A program made the translations under genes and the position numbers. A DNA stretch of 64,000 nucleotides from an uncultured Actinomycetes bacterium (GTDB lineage: Bacteria; Actinomycetota; Thermoleophilia; UBA2241): assembly GCA_963764225.1 (NCBI GenBank), contig CAVXRL010000004.1, forward strand, positions 273,909-337,908. Reading direction: 5' to 3'. Below the pieces are notes generated by a model. It worked only from the letters and a program-made list of their open reading frames with translations, had not been told where the DNA came from and did not search any database. This document shows positions 34,614-46,298 of the stretch, piece by piece. Within the stretch, counting starts at the first letter, position 1, and every line of letters begins with the position of its first letter.

Positions 34614-35758
34614 TGGCGGAACGCCGCCCGGATCTTGTCGAAGAAGCTGTGGTCGGCCTGGTAGTTCGAGTCACTGCTGAGCTCGGCGAACTGCTCCAGG
34701 AGTTCGCGCTGCTCGTCGCTGAGCTTGCGCGGGACGAGCACGTTGACCACGACCTTGAGGTCGCCGCGCCCGTACCCCTGCAGCACCGGCACGCCGCGGC
34801 TGCGGTACGTCTTGACGTCGCCGGGCTGCGTGCCGGGCTTGAGCTGCAGCTCGATGTCGCCGTCGAGCGCGGGCACGTACGCGGTGGTGCCGAGCGCCGC
34901 CTCGATCATGGTGAGGTCGAGGCGGTAGACGAGATCGTCGCCGTCGCGCACGAAGTCGTCGTGCGGCTCGACGCGGATGGCCACGTAGAGGTCGCCGGCG
35001 CGCCCGCCGTGGGAGCCGGCGCCGCCCTCACCGGCCAGCCGCAGGCGCTGGCCGTCGGCGATGCCCGCCGGCACCTCGACGGGCACGGTGCGCGTCTGCC
35101 GCACGCGGCCGGTGCCGAGGCACTTCTCGCAGGGCTCCTTGACGATCGTGCCCAAGCCCCGGCAGACGTTGCAGGTGCTCGTCCGGATGAACTGGCCGAA
35201 CCCGCCGAGGCTGGAGACCTCGCGCACGCGTCCGCTGCCGTGGCACTGCGGGCACTGCTCGCGCCCGGTGCCGGCCTTGGCGCCGCTGCCGGCGCAGGTC
35301 TCGCACGGCGCGTCGGCCGTGACCTCGACGTCCTTGGTGACGCCGAAGACGGCCTCGGCGAAGGTGAGGTCGAGGCTCGCCTCGATGTCGTCGCCGCGCG
35401 GCGCGGGTGCGCTGCCGCCCGCCGCGCCCCACATCCCGCCGGCGTCGCGCAGCACGCTGTCGAACATGCCGCCGCCGAAGAAGATGTTGAAGAGGTCGCC
35501 GAAGCCGACGTGCTCGAAGTCGGTCATCTGCCGGCCGCGCAGGCCGTCGAACCCGTAGTGGTCGTAGGCGGCGCGGGTGTCGGCGTCGCTGAGCACCTCG
35601 TAGGCCTCGGCGGCCTCCTTGAAGCGCGCTTCGGCCTCCGGATCCTCGGTGTTCACGTCCGGGTGGAACTCGCGCGCCAGCTTGCGGAACGCTTTCTTGA
35701 TCTCACCGGCGTCCGCGTCTTTGCGCACGCCGAGCACGTCGTAGTAGTCACGCTTCAA
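34610..35758 (-). CDS. dnaJ: Chaperone DnaJ
   Basis: J domain HPD and four CxxCxGxG repeats. Confidence 0.95.
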   Translation of the reverse strand: MKRDYYDVLGVRKDADAGEIKKAFRKLAREFHPDVNTEDPEAEARFKEAAEAYEVLSDADTRAAYDHYGFDGLRGRQMTDFEHVGFGDLFNIFFGGGMFDSVLRDAGGMWGAAGGSAPAPRGDDIEASLDLTFAEAVFGVTKDVEVTADAPCETCAGSGAKAGTGREQCPQCHGSGRVREVSSLGGFGQFIRTSTCNVCRGLGTIVKEPCEKCLGTGRVRQTRTVPVEVPAGIADGQRLRLAGEGGAGSHGGRAGDLYVAIRVEPHDDFVRDGDDLVYRLDLTMIEAALGTTAYVPALDGDIELQLKPGTQPGDVKTYRSRGVPVLQGYGRGDLKVVVNVLVPRKLSDEQRELLEQFAELSSDSNYQADHSFFDKIRAAFRQ

Positions 35759-35782
35759 CGGTCAGCCCCAGTCAGGAGGTGG

Positions 35783-36802
35783 TCACCAGATGTCTTCAAG
35801 ATACGCGCTCAGGCCGTCGGCTGTCGCCCGCACCGTCGAGATGACGCGCTGGTAGTCCATGCGCGTAGGCCCGATCACGCTCACGGTGCCCAGGCTGCGG
35901 TTGGCGACGCCGTAGCTGGTGGAGACCAGCGAGCACTCCTGCAGCGTCGGTTGCGGCATCTCGTGGCCGATGCGCAGGTACACGCCGTCCTCGCGCAGCG
36001 CCCCGGCCAGCAGCTCGAGCAGGTTGTACCGCTCCTCGAGCATCTGCAGCACCTCGTTGAGGTGGCCGGCGCCGGCGCGCGAGAGGTTGTCCAGCAGACG
36101 CGACGTGCCGCCGAGGTGCAGACCCTCGACGTCGCCCGGCCCGGGGACCTCGAACGCCGGGCGCAAGGCATCCAGGAACGAGCGCTCCTTGGGCCGCAGG
36201 TCCGGGCTGTCGAAGGTGGCGGCCACGCGCCGCGTGCCGAGCTGCGCGCCGACCAGCCGCTCGTTGAGGTACACGCGCGCGAACTCGGCGAGCCCCTCGT
36301 CCACCGGCGTGCCGAACGAGAAAGTGCGCTTGGTCACCTGGCCGGACGTGGTGATGAGCACCACCATGACCAGCCGCGGCTGCAGCGCGAGGATCTCGAT
36401 GTGCCGCACCGAGGATGTGGTGACGGCCGGCGCCGAGACCACGGCGAGGAGCTCGGTGACGCGGGACAGCGCCTCGGCCGTCTCGCGCAGCGCGTCGTCG
36501 ATCTCGCTCGCGGCGCGGTCGCGCTCGAGCGTGAGCGCCGGGGGGCCCTCACGGCGTTCGGTGACGACGGCGTCCACGTAGTGCCGGTACCCCGCGTCGG
36601 TGGGCACTCGCCCCGCGGAGGTGTGCGGGTGCGCCAGCATGCCCATGTCTTCGAGGTCGGCGAGGTCGTTGCGGATCGTGGACGCGGCCACGCCGAAGTC
36701 GAACAACTCGCTGAGGTGCCGGGACCCCACGGGGGCGCCGAGCGCGATGTACTCCTCGATGACGGTCCGGAGGACCTGTTCTTGCCTCGACGTGAGTGGC
36801 AC
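35783..36802 (-). CDS. hrcA: Heat-inducible transcription repressor HrcA
   Basis: LTSRQ..VL, PVGS, STIRNDLADLE, PHTSAGRVPT..GYR.YVD, IGPTRMDY. Confidence 0.93.
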   Translation of the reverse strand: MPLTSRQEQVLRTVIEEYIALGAPVGSRHLSELFDFGVAASTIRNDLADLEDMGMLAHPHTSAGRVPTDAGYRHYVDAVVTERREGPPALTLERDRAASEIDDALRETAEALSRVTELLAVVSAPAVTTSSVRHIEILALQPRLVMVVLITTSGQVTKRTFSFGTPVDEGLAEFARVYLNERLVGAQLGTRRVAATFDSPDLRPKERSFLDALRPAFEVPGPGDVEGLHLGGTSRLLDNLSRAGAGHLNEVLQMLEERYNLLELLAGALREDGVYLRIGHEMPQPTLQECSLVSTSYGVANRSLGTVSVIGPTRMDYQRVISTVRATADGLSAYLEDIW

Positions 36803-36804
36803 GT

Positions 36805-38068
36805 TCACCCCCTTAAATGCGTAGAGCGAAACAGGCGCACGATGACCTCGTCGGCCACGTGCCTCCCCTTTCGCGTCACGCGGATTGTACCACTGTGCAG
36901 GGAAACCAATCCAGCGCCGGCGAGGCCGGCGGCCGCCTGCCGGTCCAGCACGCCGGCCACCTCCTCGAGTGGGACGGCCTCGCCGCAGCGGGCGGCGAGC
37001 AGGAGGCGCTCGCGGGCGGCCGTCGCCGGGTCGAGCGCCTCCTCGGAGCGGGGCGGCGCCGAGCCTGCGGACGAGCGCCGCCGCCCAGGCGCCGGTCCCG
37101 GCCGTGTTGCGCCAGCGCCGGGAGCCCACGGTGCTCACGGCTCCCGGCCCCAGGCCGAGGTAGGGCCGGGCGCGCCAGTACGCCACGTTGTGGCGCGCCT
37201 TGCGCCCGGGCAGGGCGAAGTTGCTGACTTCGTACCAGTCGTAGCCGGCACGCGAGAGCTCTCTCACGATGCGCCGGTAGCCGGCTGCCCGCACGTCGTC
37301 CTGCGGGTCTGCGGGCATTGCGCCGGGGTCCAGCCCGGCCTCGTGAGTGCCCGGGCCGGGGTCCTCGGCCCCGCCCAGCCGCGCGGCGAGGGCCGTCCCT
37401 TCGATCACGTCCAGCTCGTACCAGGAGACGTGGTCCGGCCGCAGCTCGAGCACCGCGGCGATGTCGGCGCCCAGCAGCTCCGGCGTCTGGCCCGGGATGC
37501 CGTGGATCAGGTCGAGCCCGGCGTTGGCGACTCCCGCGGCGCGCAGGCGGCGGAAGGCGCGGGCCGGGTCCGCGCGCGCCGTGCGGCCCAGGACGGCGCG
37601 CAGCTCGGGAGAGAAGCTCTGCGCGCCGAGCGAGACCCGCAGGCCGCCCCGGGCGGCGAAGCCGGCGTACGCGGCATCCGCGTCCTCGGGGTTGGTCTCG
37701 ACGGTCACCTCGGCGTGCCGGGTGAGGTGCGGCCGGAAGAGCCCGAGCAACCGCTCGAGCCGGTCCGGCCCCAGCAGGCTGGGCGTGCCGCCACCGAGGT
37801 ACAGCGTGCGCAGCCGGCGCACGTCGTGCGCCGCGCGCTCCCGCTCCCACTCGGCGGCCACGGCGTCCACGAAGACATCGAGCCGGCGGGCCACCTCCGC
37901 CCCGGCCCGCCCGCCGGCCTCCGCGTCCACCGCCTCGGAGGCGAACTCGCAGTAGTCGCAGCGGGCCCGGCAGAAGGGCACGTGGACGTAGACGTGCCGC
38001 ACGGGCCCCTCGAACGGCCCGCGCCCGGTCACGCGGGCCGCGTGCCGGGCGGGGCCGCCGCCGCTCAT
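36805..38068 (-). CDS. hemW: Radical SAM heme chaperone HemW (HemN-like), with a +1 frameshift near 37072
   Basis: YVHVPFCRARCDYCEF, GGGTPS, YEVSNFA, HNVAYW. The C-terminus continues in another frame (EALDPATAARERLLLAAR...TRKGRHVADEVIVRLF) to TGA at 36807-36805. Confidence 0.82.
36884..36892 (-). promoter_or_regulatory. Candidate extended -10 promoter for hrcA inside the hemW 3' end
   Basis: TGGTACAAT on the minus strand about 80 nt upstream of hrcA, in a locally AT-richer patch. Confidence 0.4.
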
Positions 38069-38658
38069 CTGCGGGGCGACGTCGGCACCCAGAAGTACAG
38101 CTCGTCGTCGTACTCCCCGTCGAGCACACCGCCGTTCTTCTCGATCACCCGCCGTGAAGCGATGTTGCCGGGATCGCAGTCGATGAGGGCGCACTCGACT
38201 CCGAGCTCCGCCGCCAGCGGCAACGCCGCGGCCAGCATGGCGGTCGCGTGCCCCCGGCCCCGCGCACTCGGGCGGACCTCGTAGCCGATGTGGCCGCCCT
38301 CGTAGAGCAGATGCAGCGTCAGACGATGACGGATGCTGACCCGCCCCAGGTACTCGTCGCCCTGAGCCCACCACAGTGTCGTCTGCGGGACGTAGCCGCC
38401 AGGCTGATACGGCGGCTCCTTGCCTCGCAGCGACCACACGTAGCGGGCCGTCGCCCCCGGCGACCTCACGTCATCCCGCAGCGCGGCCACATACCTCCCG
38501 AACTCGTCCGGCGCCCGGAGGAGCGTCTCGTCGAGTTCGGGGTGGCGGCCCTCCCGGTGGGCCTCGGCCAAGGCCGCGAGAAACGACTCCCGGAAGCGCG
38601 TCGCCGGAGCGGCCAGACGTGGCGACCCCATGGCCCGAGGCTTCTCCGGCCCCGCCAT
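38065..38658 (-). CDS. GNAT family N-acetyltransferase, paralog A
   Basis: YLGRVSIRHRL, GGHIGYEVRPSARGRGHAT, NIASRRVIEKNGG. Confidence 0.85.
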   Translation of the reverse strand: MAGPEKPRAMGSPRLAAPATRFRESFLAALAEAHREGRHPELDETLLRAPDEFGRYVAALRDDVRSPGATARYVWSLRGKEPPYQPGGYVPQTTLWWAQGDEYLGRVSIRHRLTLHLLYEGGHIGYEVRPSARGRGHATAMLAAALPLAAELGVECALIDCDPGNIASRRVIEKNGGVLDGEYDDELYFWVPTSPRR

Positions 38659-38671
38659 CAGCGGCCGGAGC

Positions 38672-39271
38672 TCATCGCGTCGGCACCCAGAAGAAGTAGC
38701 TGCCGTCACGTTCCTCGTCGAGTACGCCGCCGTTCGCCTCGATGACGCGGCGGGAGGCGGTGTTGGCCACCTCGCAGTCGATGCGTGCGGGGTCGATGCC
38801 GAGCTCGGCCGCCAGCGGCAGCGCCGCCGCCAGCATGGCAGTCGCGTGCCCTCGGCGCCGCGCCGTGGGTCGCACCTCGAACCCGATGTTGCCGCCGTGG
38901 TACAGCAGGTGCGGCGTCAGCCGGTGGCGGATCGAGAGGCGGCCGAGGTACTCGTCGCCGGCGACCCACCAGAGCGTCGTCATGGGCACGTACCCGTCCA
39001 CCCACTCGCCGGGCAGCGGGGTGCCGTACAACCCGGCGAAGTAGAAATCCGGCTCACCCGGGCGCTCCACTCCGGCGTTGACGGCCGCGCAGTAGCGCGC
39101 GAACTCGTCACGGTCCTCGAAGACCTCGGCCTCGAGCTCGGCGTGCCGGCCCTCGGCGTGGTACTCGTGGATCGCCTCGAGCACCGAGGCGTGGAAGCGC
39201 ACGTCCGGCCGCTCGAAGTGAGGCCGGGGGTCGGCCGGCGACGAGCCGCCTGCGGCCGGCGGCGCGCTCAT
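38672..39271 (-). CDS. GNAT family N-acetyltransferase, paralog B
   Basis: YLGRLSIRHRL, GGNIGFEVRPTARRRGHAT, NTASRRVIEANGG. Confidence 0.85.
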   Translation of the reverse strand: MSAPPAAGGSSPADPRPHFERPDVRFHASVLEAIHEYHAEGRHAELEAEVFEDRDEFARYCAAVNAGVERPGEPDFYFAGLYGTPLPGEWVDGYVPMTTLWWVAGDEYLGRLSIRHRLTPHLLYHGGNIGFEVRPTARRRGHATAMLAAALPLAAELGIDPARIDCEVANTASRRVIEANGGVLDEERDGSYFFWVPTR

Positions 39272-39636
39272 CGAGCGGCCGGCCGGAACCGGAGCGCCGA
39301 CCAGGTGTCGTCGATCGCCACCTGGCGTACCGGGCGTACGCCGCGGGCGGCCATGAACGCCGCCAGCGAGTCGCGGTTGAGGTCGGTGCCGAGCTTGCCG
39401 GCCTTGGGGTACGCGACCCAGGAGAGCTCGTCCGCGGCCGCCGCCCTGACGGCGGGGCCGACGCGCTCCTCGGCCTCGGCGAACGTCGTGACGAAGACGA
39501 GAGTCGCCGGGGCGGGCGCCACGCCGCCCGCCTCTCCACCCGAGGACAGGTCCTTCTCGAGACCTTCCGGCGCGTGCAGCACGCGCAGAGCCTGACCGGG
39601 CTTCAGCTGCAGCTTCCTGGCCAGCGTCGCGTCCAT
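39268..39636 (-). CDS. Hypothetical protein (DUF3052-like)
   Basis: LARKLQLKPG, WVAYPK, TDLNRD, AIDDTWSALRFR. Confidence 0.65.
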   Translation of the reverse strand: MDATLARKLQLKPGQALRVLHAPEGLEKDLSSGGEAGGVAPAPATLVFVTTFAEAEERVGPAVRAAAADELSWVAYPKAGKLGTDLNRDSLAAFMAARGVRPVRQVAIDDTWSALRFRPAAR

Positions 39637-39655
39637 CGGCGGTCCTCTCCGGAGG

Positions 39656-41482
<1,827 letters not shown>

Positions 41483-41592
41483 TGATACAGGCTCCGGAGG
41501 AGGCGGTCGCGCAGCCCCGCGACGTGGCTGTGGACGACGTCGCCTACGAGGCGTATCGTGGAGCCGTTCCGCGTCGTCAGATGGGAGGAGCG

Positions 41593-42078
41593 ATGCGCGT
41601 CGCCGTCAGGATCGCGGGCCTCGTCGCCGCGGTGGCCCTCGTCCTCTGGTGCGCGACCATCGCCGTCCACAGCTTCACGCCGCGGGCCGGCGCCGGGCTT
41701 CCCCGCCTCGACGGCGGCGCCGGGCTGCAGATCCTGCTCGGGCTCGCGGCGCTCACCGGCTCCGGGCTCGTCGCCGCGGCGGCCTTCGCCCTGACCAGAC
41801 GCTCCTGCCGCTTCGGCCAGCCCTTCTGGCTCCTCGTGTGCCTGTTCGGCTGGGCAGCGCTCTCGGCCTCGCTCGCGTCGCGTGCCGCGGACCTCTTCCT
41901 CGCCCCCGTCGACTACGAGATGGGCGTCGGCGCGGGAGCGACGTCGTCCGTCGCCGGCGCGTGGGGGACCTACTTCTGGACGATGGCCGCCGTCTGCGCG
42001 GCGCTCGCCGGCGCGTTGCTGGCCCGCTGGGGGCTGGCGAGCCGCGCCGCGGCCGGCGTCACGCGCCCGACCGCCTGA
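41593..42078 (+). CDS. Hypothetical membrane protein
   Basis: GGAGGAG RBS, ATG 41593, four hydrophobic segments. Confidence 0.6.
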   Translation: MRVAVRIAGLVAAVALVLWCATIAVHSFTPRAGAGLPRLDGGAGLQILLGLAALTGSGLVAAAAFALTRRSCRFGQPFWLLVCLFGWAALSASLASRAADLFLAPVDYEMGVGAGATSSVAGAWGTYFWTMAAVCAALAGALLARWGLASRAAAGVTRPTA

Positions 42079-42115
42079 CCGGCTACCGCCCTCCTTCGTC
42101 GCAGCCCGCGTCGAC

Positions 42116-43720
42116 TCATCCCGCGCCGGGCCCCTCGTCCGCGGCCCCCACAGCGGCGGTGCGCCGACGCTTGCGGCTCCACAGCCGGCGCACCGAGGCG
42201 AGCTCCTCCAGCTTCAGGACCTTGGAGATGCGCAGGTAGGTGAGCCCGCCGGCGAAGACCGCCACGACCACCGAGAGGAACAGCGGCACGAACCCCTTCG
42301 CCGCGAACCAGTGCAGGGCGAACCAGAGGCCGCCGGAGACGGCCGTGAGGCCGGCGGCCGCGAGCACGGCGCCGCCGGCCGACTTCGCGATGCGGCGCCC
42401 GTCGATCAGGCCGATCTGGCGCCGCAGGAGCCACACCAGCACCACCATGTTGAAGATCGAGACGATGGACGTCGACAGGGTGATGCCGGCCACGCCGAGC
42501 GGCTTGAGCAGGATCCAGTCGAGCACGGCGTTCAGGCCGAGGTTGGCGAGCCCGACGTAGAGCGGCAGCCACGGCCGCTGCAGGCTCTGGAAGCTGCGGT
42601 TGAACATGATGTTCACGTTGGCGAACGTCAGGCCCAGGGTGAACGCGGCCAGCGCCCAGGCCACCTCCTGCGTGGCGGCGGCGTCGAAGGTGCCTCTCTG
42701 GTACACGAGCCGGACGATCGGCGCCGCCAGGATCGTGAACCAGGCGAGGAACGGCAGCGAGACGTAGATCATCTGCCGCACCCCGAGCGAGAGCGTCTCG
42801 CGGAACTCTTCCATGTTCTTCTCCGCCGCGAAGCGCGACAGCGTCGGGAACAGGATCGTGCCGATGGTCACGGCGAAGATCCCCTGCGGCAACTGGTAGA
42901 GCCTGAACGAGTAACCGATCTCGGCGGCGGCCCGGTCGCTCACGTACTGGGCGAAGTACGTGTCGATGAGCGCGTTGAAGTTGAGGATGCCGAGCGTGAT
43001 GGTGATCGGCACCATGAGCGCCAGCACGCGGCGCAGGTACGGGTCGCCGAAGTGGAAGTTGAGGGCGAGCGGCTCCCCGGCCGCGCGCATGGCGAGCCCC
43101 AGCAGGATCAGCTCGACCACGGTCCCGACGAGTGTGCCCCAGGCCAGCGCGTACACGCCCCACTCGTCGTGCCAGATCACCATGAAGCCGATGATGACGA
43201 GGTTCCAGACGATGCTGACCACGGCCGGCATGGTGAACCGCTCGTGCGCGTACAGCACGCCGGTGAGCACGCCCGCGAGCGCGAGCACGAGCACGGTCGG
43301 CACGAGGATCTGCAGGTAGCGCGCCGCGAGCTCCGTCATTTGGCTCGTTGTGGTGAGCTCGGGATAGATGGTCTTGACGACCGGCGTGGCGCCCAGGATC
43401 AGCACCACGCACACGGCGCCGACCACGGCGAGCATGAAGCCGAGGAGAGTGCCCGTGAGCTTGCGGGCGCGCTCGACGTCGCCGGCGGCGAGCAGCGCCG
43501 TGAGCACCGGCACGAACGCGGCGCTGATGGCGGCGTCGGCGAAGAGTTGCCGGATGAGGTTCGGCACCACCGAGACCGACACGTAGGTGTTGTAGTCGGC
43601 GGTGACGCCGTACAGGCCGGCGGTGATGACCTCTCGCCCCAGGCCGACCACGCGGGAGATGGCGGTGGCCGAGGCGACGATCACCGCCGCCCAGGCGAGC
43701 TTGCGTCTGTGCTCGCTCAT
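42116..43720 (-). CDS. murJ: Lipid II flippase MurJ (MviN)
   Basis: SRVVGLGRE, PNLIRQLFADAAISAAFVP, RLYQLPQGIF, RGTF. Confidence 0.93.
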   Translation of the reverse strand: MSEHRRKLAWAAVIVASATAISRVVGLGREVITAGLYGVTADYNTYVSVSVVPNLIRQLFADAAISAAFVPVLTALLAAGDVERARKLTGTLLGFMLAVVGAVCVVLILGATPVVKTIYPELTTTSQMTELAARYLQILVPTVLVLALAGVLTGVLYAHERFTMPAVVSIVWNLVIIGFMVIWHDEWGVYALAWGTLVGTVVELILLGLAMRAAGEPLALNFHFGDPYLRRVLALMVPITITLGILNFNALIDTYFAQYVSDRAAAEIGYSFRLYQLPQGIFAVTIGTILFPTLSRFAAEKNMEEFRETLSLGVRQMIYVSLPFLAWFTILAAPIVRLVYQRGTFDAAATQEVAWALAAFTLGLTFANVNIMFNRSFQSLQRPWLPLYVGLANLGLNAVLDWILLKPLGVAGITLSTSIVSIFNMVVLVWLLRRQIGLIDGRRIAKSAGGAVLAAAGLTAVSGGLWFALHWFAAKGFVPLFLSVVVAVFAGGLTYLRISKVLKLEELASVRRLWSRKRRRTAAVGAADEGPGAG

Positions 43721-43927
43721 GAGTCCTTTGATTCGACCGCGAGGGGGTCGTTCTCCTGCCCCGCGGGAGGGACGCGGGCGGGTCGCCCGAGCGGAAGCGA
43801 GTCTAGCAGAGCGGGTCTCCCCGACAGGGGGCCGGCGACCAGTACATCAGTACGGCCGGCCCGGGCTCGGGGCGGCGCGGACGTGGAGTCCGCGTTCCTC
43901 CGGGGGCGCGGCCGGCCGCGCTCCTTC

Positions 43928-44506
43928 TCAGACGACCTCGACCAGCTCCGAAGCGCCGAGAGTGAGTGACGGAGCGTCGACGGTGAGAGAGGAAGCGTCG
44001 ACGACGAGCGCCGGGGGTTCCGCGCAGGCGTCGTCCAGCACGCCGTCGAGGAACGCCGTGACCTCGTCCTCGCTGAGCCCGCGGGCGTACATGAGCTCGC
44101 TGGCCAGGATCTTCTTGGCCTTGGTGAACAGCTGCTTCTCGCCCGTCGGCAGGTCCTTCTCGGCGCAGCGGAGGGCGAGGTTGCGGACCACCTCCGCCAC
44201 CTCGAAGATGTCCCCGGTCTTCAGCTTCCCGAGGTTGTGCTTGTAGCGGTGGCTCCAGCGCTCGGGCATCCTGGTGGGATCGGCGCGCAGCACCACGAGC
44301 ACCTCGTCGACCACGTCCGCCGCCACCACCCTGCGCAGCCCGGCGCGGTCGGCGTTCTCCACAGGGACCATGACGGTCATGTTGTTGTGGAGGATCTGGA
44401 TGGTGAGGTAATCCCGCCGGCGGCCGAGGACCATCTTCTGCTCGATCCCCGTGACCGTGCCGGCGCCGTGCTGCGGATACACGACTTCGTCTCCGACTGC
44501 ATACAT
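43928..44506 (-). CDS. carD: CarD family transcriptional regulator
   Basis: VGDEVVYPQHGAG, VMVPV, GLRRV, WSHRYK.N..KL.TGDI. Confidence 0.9.
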   Translation of the reverse strand: MYAVGDEVVYPQHGAGTVTGIEQKMVLGRRRDYLTIQILHNNMTVMVPVENADRAGLRRVVAADVVDEVLVVLRADPTRMPERWSHRYKHNLGKLKTGDIFEVAEVVRNLALRCAEKDLPTGEKQLFTKAKKILASELMYARGLSEDEVTAFLDGVLDDACAEPPALVVDASSLTVDAPSLTLGASELVEVV

Positions 44507-44692
44507 CGCCTCAGCCCTCCTGCCTTACATGCTCACGCCCTTGCGGCCTGCTCGCATGGCACGCCCTCGGCAACGAGGGAGGCGACAACTCCGCCCACCT
44601 GGGCCTGGCGGCGCGCAGGTGCTGCGGACGTACGTCTTGCCTGCAATACTACAGGAAACGAGCGCGCGGCGCTCATGCCGCCCCCACCTTGT

Positions 44693-44722
44693 TTGCCGGA
44701 GAACGCGGGCCCGTGATAGCAT
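44693..44722 (+). promoter_or_regulatory. Candidate sigma70 promoter of rpsT
   Basis: TTGCCG (44693-98), 18 nt, TAGCAT (44717-22) with a TG extension. Confidence 0.5.
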
Positions 44723-44790
44723 CTCCCGTCCGAACGCAGCCCCACTGCATTCCGGGACCGTCACGAATCTAGCCTGAGAAAAGGGATCAC

Positions 44791-45057
44791 GTGGCCAACA
44801 TCAAGCAGCAGAAGAAGCGTATCCGCCTGGCCGCCAAGCAGCGGCTGCGCAACCGGCACGCCAAGTCGACCCTCAAGACGCTGTTCAAGCAGCTCGAGAC
44901 CGAGGTCGCCGAGGGCCAGGCCGAAGAGGCCAAGGAGACCGCGACGTTCCTCACGTCGCGCATCGACAAGGCCGCGGCCAAGGGCGTGCTCCACAAGAAC
45001 AACGCCGCCCACAAGAAGAGCCGCGTCGCGCACACGCTGGCGCGTCTCTCCGCCTGA
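44791..45057 (+). CDS. rpsT: 30S ribosomal protein S20
   Basis: MANIKQQKKR...RN...KS..KT...IDKAAAKGVLHKNNAAHKKSR. Confidence 0.96.
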   Translation: MANIKQQKKRIRLAAKQRLRNRHAKSTLKTLFKQLETEVAEGQAEEAKETATFLTSRIDKAAAKGVLHKNNAAHKKSRVAHTLARLSA

Positions 45058-45075
45058 CGCCGGGCTGAGGATCTT

Positions 45076-45118
45076 GACGAAGCGGGCGGGCCGCCTCGAG
45101 CGGCCCGCCCGCTTCGTC
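45076..45118. terminator. Bidirectional terminator-like hairpin between convergent rpsT and holA
   Basis: Perfect 19-bp stem GACGAAGCGGGCGGGCCGC / GCGGCCCGCCCGCTTCGTC with a 5-nt loop. Confidence 0.75.
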
Positions 45119-45198
45119 GTTCCCGCCGCCATCGCCTCGGGCGCCGGCGGGACCGGCACGGACGACAAGACCGCGAAGAGGCCGCGCGAGTACCCGGC

Positions 45199-46206
45199 TC
45201 ACGCGAGCAGGCGCGCCAGCGCCAGCTCGACGACCAGGCGGTCGGCGTCGTTGACGCCGCCGACCGACTCGAGCGTGACGGGCGCGCGGCCGCGCAGGCC
45301 GGCCTCGGCCTCGGCCAGAGCCCGGTAGGCGCGGCCCAGACGACGCCTGTCGAAGTGCTCCCGCTGCTGCAGCAGCTTCTTGGCGGTGAACGGGTGCACC
45401 TTGAGCTGCTTGGCCGCCGTGGACTGGTCGGCGTGCTGCAACTGCGACGCGGCGTCGAGCTGCTCGACGTGGCGCCTGAGGCTGTAGAGCACCCCGTTGG
45501 CGTCGTTGCGCGGGTTGCCCGAGGCGTACAGCGCCTCGAGCAGCTCGAAACTGTGGGCGCGGTCGCGATGCCCCACCGCGTCCATGAGGTCGAAGATGAC
45601 CGCGTCGTCGTCCGGCGTGCAGACGGCGTCCACGTCGGCCTCGCCGGCCTCGCCGCCGCGGCAGTACACGGCGAGCTTCTCGATCTCCCGGTCGAGCCGC
45701 TCGGCGTGACGGGGATCGTTGCCGCAGCGGTCCAGCAGGTGCCTGGCGACGTGCGGGCTCACGTGCAGCCCGTGCGACTTGGCCTGCCTGCTCACCCACC
45801 CGGCCATCTCGTACTTCTTCGGCAGGTCCCACTGGAGGATGCCGCCGAGCTTCTTGACCGCCTTGTACAGGGCGTCGGTGGCGGGGATGGTCTCGGCCTC
45901 GAACGCCACGCAGGTGTCCGGCATGGGGTCGTCCAGGTACGCGGCGATCCGCTGCCGCGCCTTGGCGTTCCACTTGTGCCCGTTGAGCACCAGCAGCAGC
46001 CGCGTGCCGAAGGTGAGCCCGGGGCTGGCGGCGGCGTCGATGAGCTCGTCGACCTTGTCCTGCTCCGCATCCAGGACCACCACGTTGAGGTCGCTGCCGG
46101 CCTCGTCGATCACGCGCTTGCGCAGGCGAGCGACCGCCACCCGGACCTTGGGGCGGTCCGTGCCGAGGATGAGGTACGCGGGAAGCAGTGGTGCAGGGTC
46201 GGCCAT
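45199..46206 (-). CDS. holA: DNA polymerase III delta subunit
   Basis: YLILG.D, EIEKLAVY, IFDLMDAVG, HPFTAKK. Usual comEC-holA-rpsT synteny. Confidence 0.85.
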   Translation of the reverse strand: MADPAPLLPAYLILGTDRPKVRVAVARLRKRVIDEAGSDLNVVVLDAEQDKVDELIDAAASPGLTFGTRLLLVLNGHKWNAKARQRIAAYLDDPMPDTCVAFEAETIPATDALYKAVKKLGGILQWDLPKKYEMAGWVSRQAKSHGLHVSPHVARHLLDRCGNDPRHAERLDREIEKLAVYCRGGEAGEADVDAVCTPDDDAVIFDLMDAVGHRDRAHSFELLEALYASGNPRNDANGVLYSLRRHVEQLDAASQLQHADQSTAAKQLKVHPFTAKKLLQQREHFDRRRLGRAYRALAEAEAGLRGRAPVTLESVGGVNDADRLVVELALARLLA

Positions 46207-46298
46207 GGTGGCCAGAAGGATAGCACGGGGGCCGGCCGCCGCCGGGTGACTCGGCTCGACTCCGCGGGGCGCCCGCACTAGGATGCTCGAGGCCGGCG

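Noticed and set aside
32167-35783. Absence of grpE/dnaK and rsmE from the hrcA-dnaJ-prmA-mtaB block
   Set aside because: hrcA-dnaJ without dnaK is usual in actinomycetes. The missing genes may lie elsewhere, which cannot be judged from this window.
36800-36900. CIRCE operator upstream of hrcA
   Set aside because: No TTAGCACTC-N9-GAGTGCTAA-like sequence is visible.
34577-38284. Very long antisense ORFs (e.g. 1235 aa, 931 aa at 1926-4721, 668 aa at 52537-54543)
   Set aside because: These are shadow frames of real genes, caused by stop-codon scarcity at high GC, and carry no motifs.
35783-38437. 884-aa HemW-HrcA fusion in the ORF track
   Set aside because: The real HemW C-terminus lies in another frame and stops at 36805, and hrcA has its own RBS. 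The fusion arises from one extra base near 37072.
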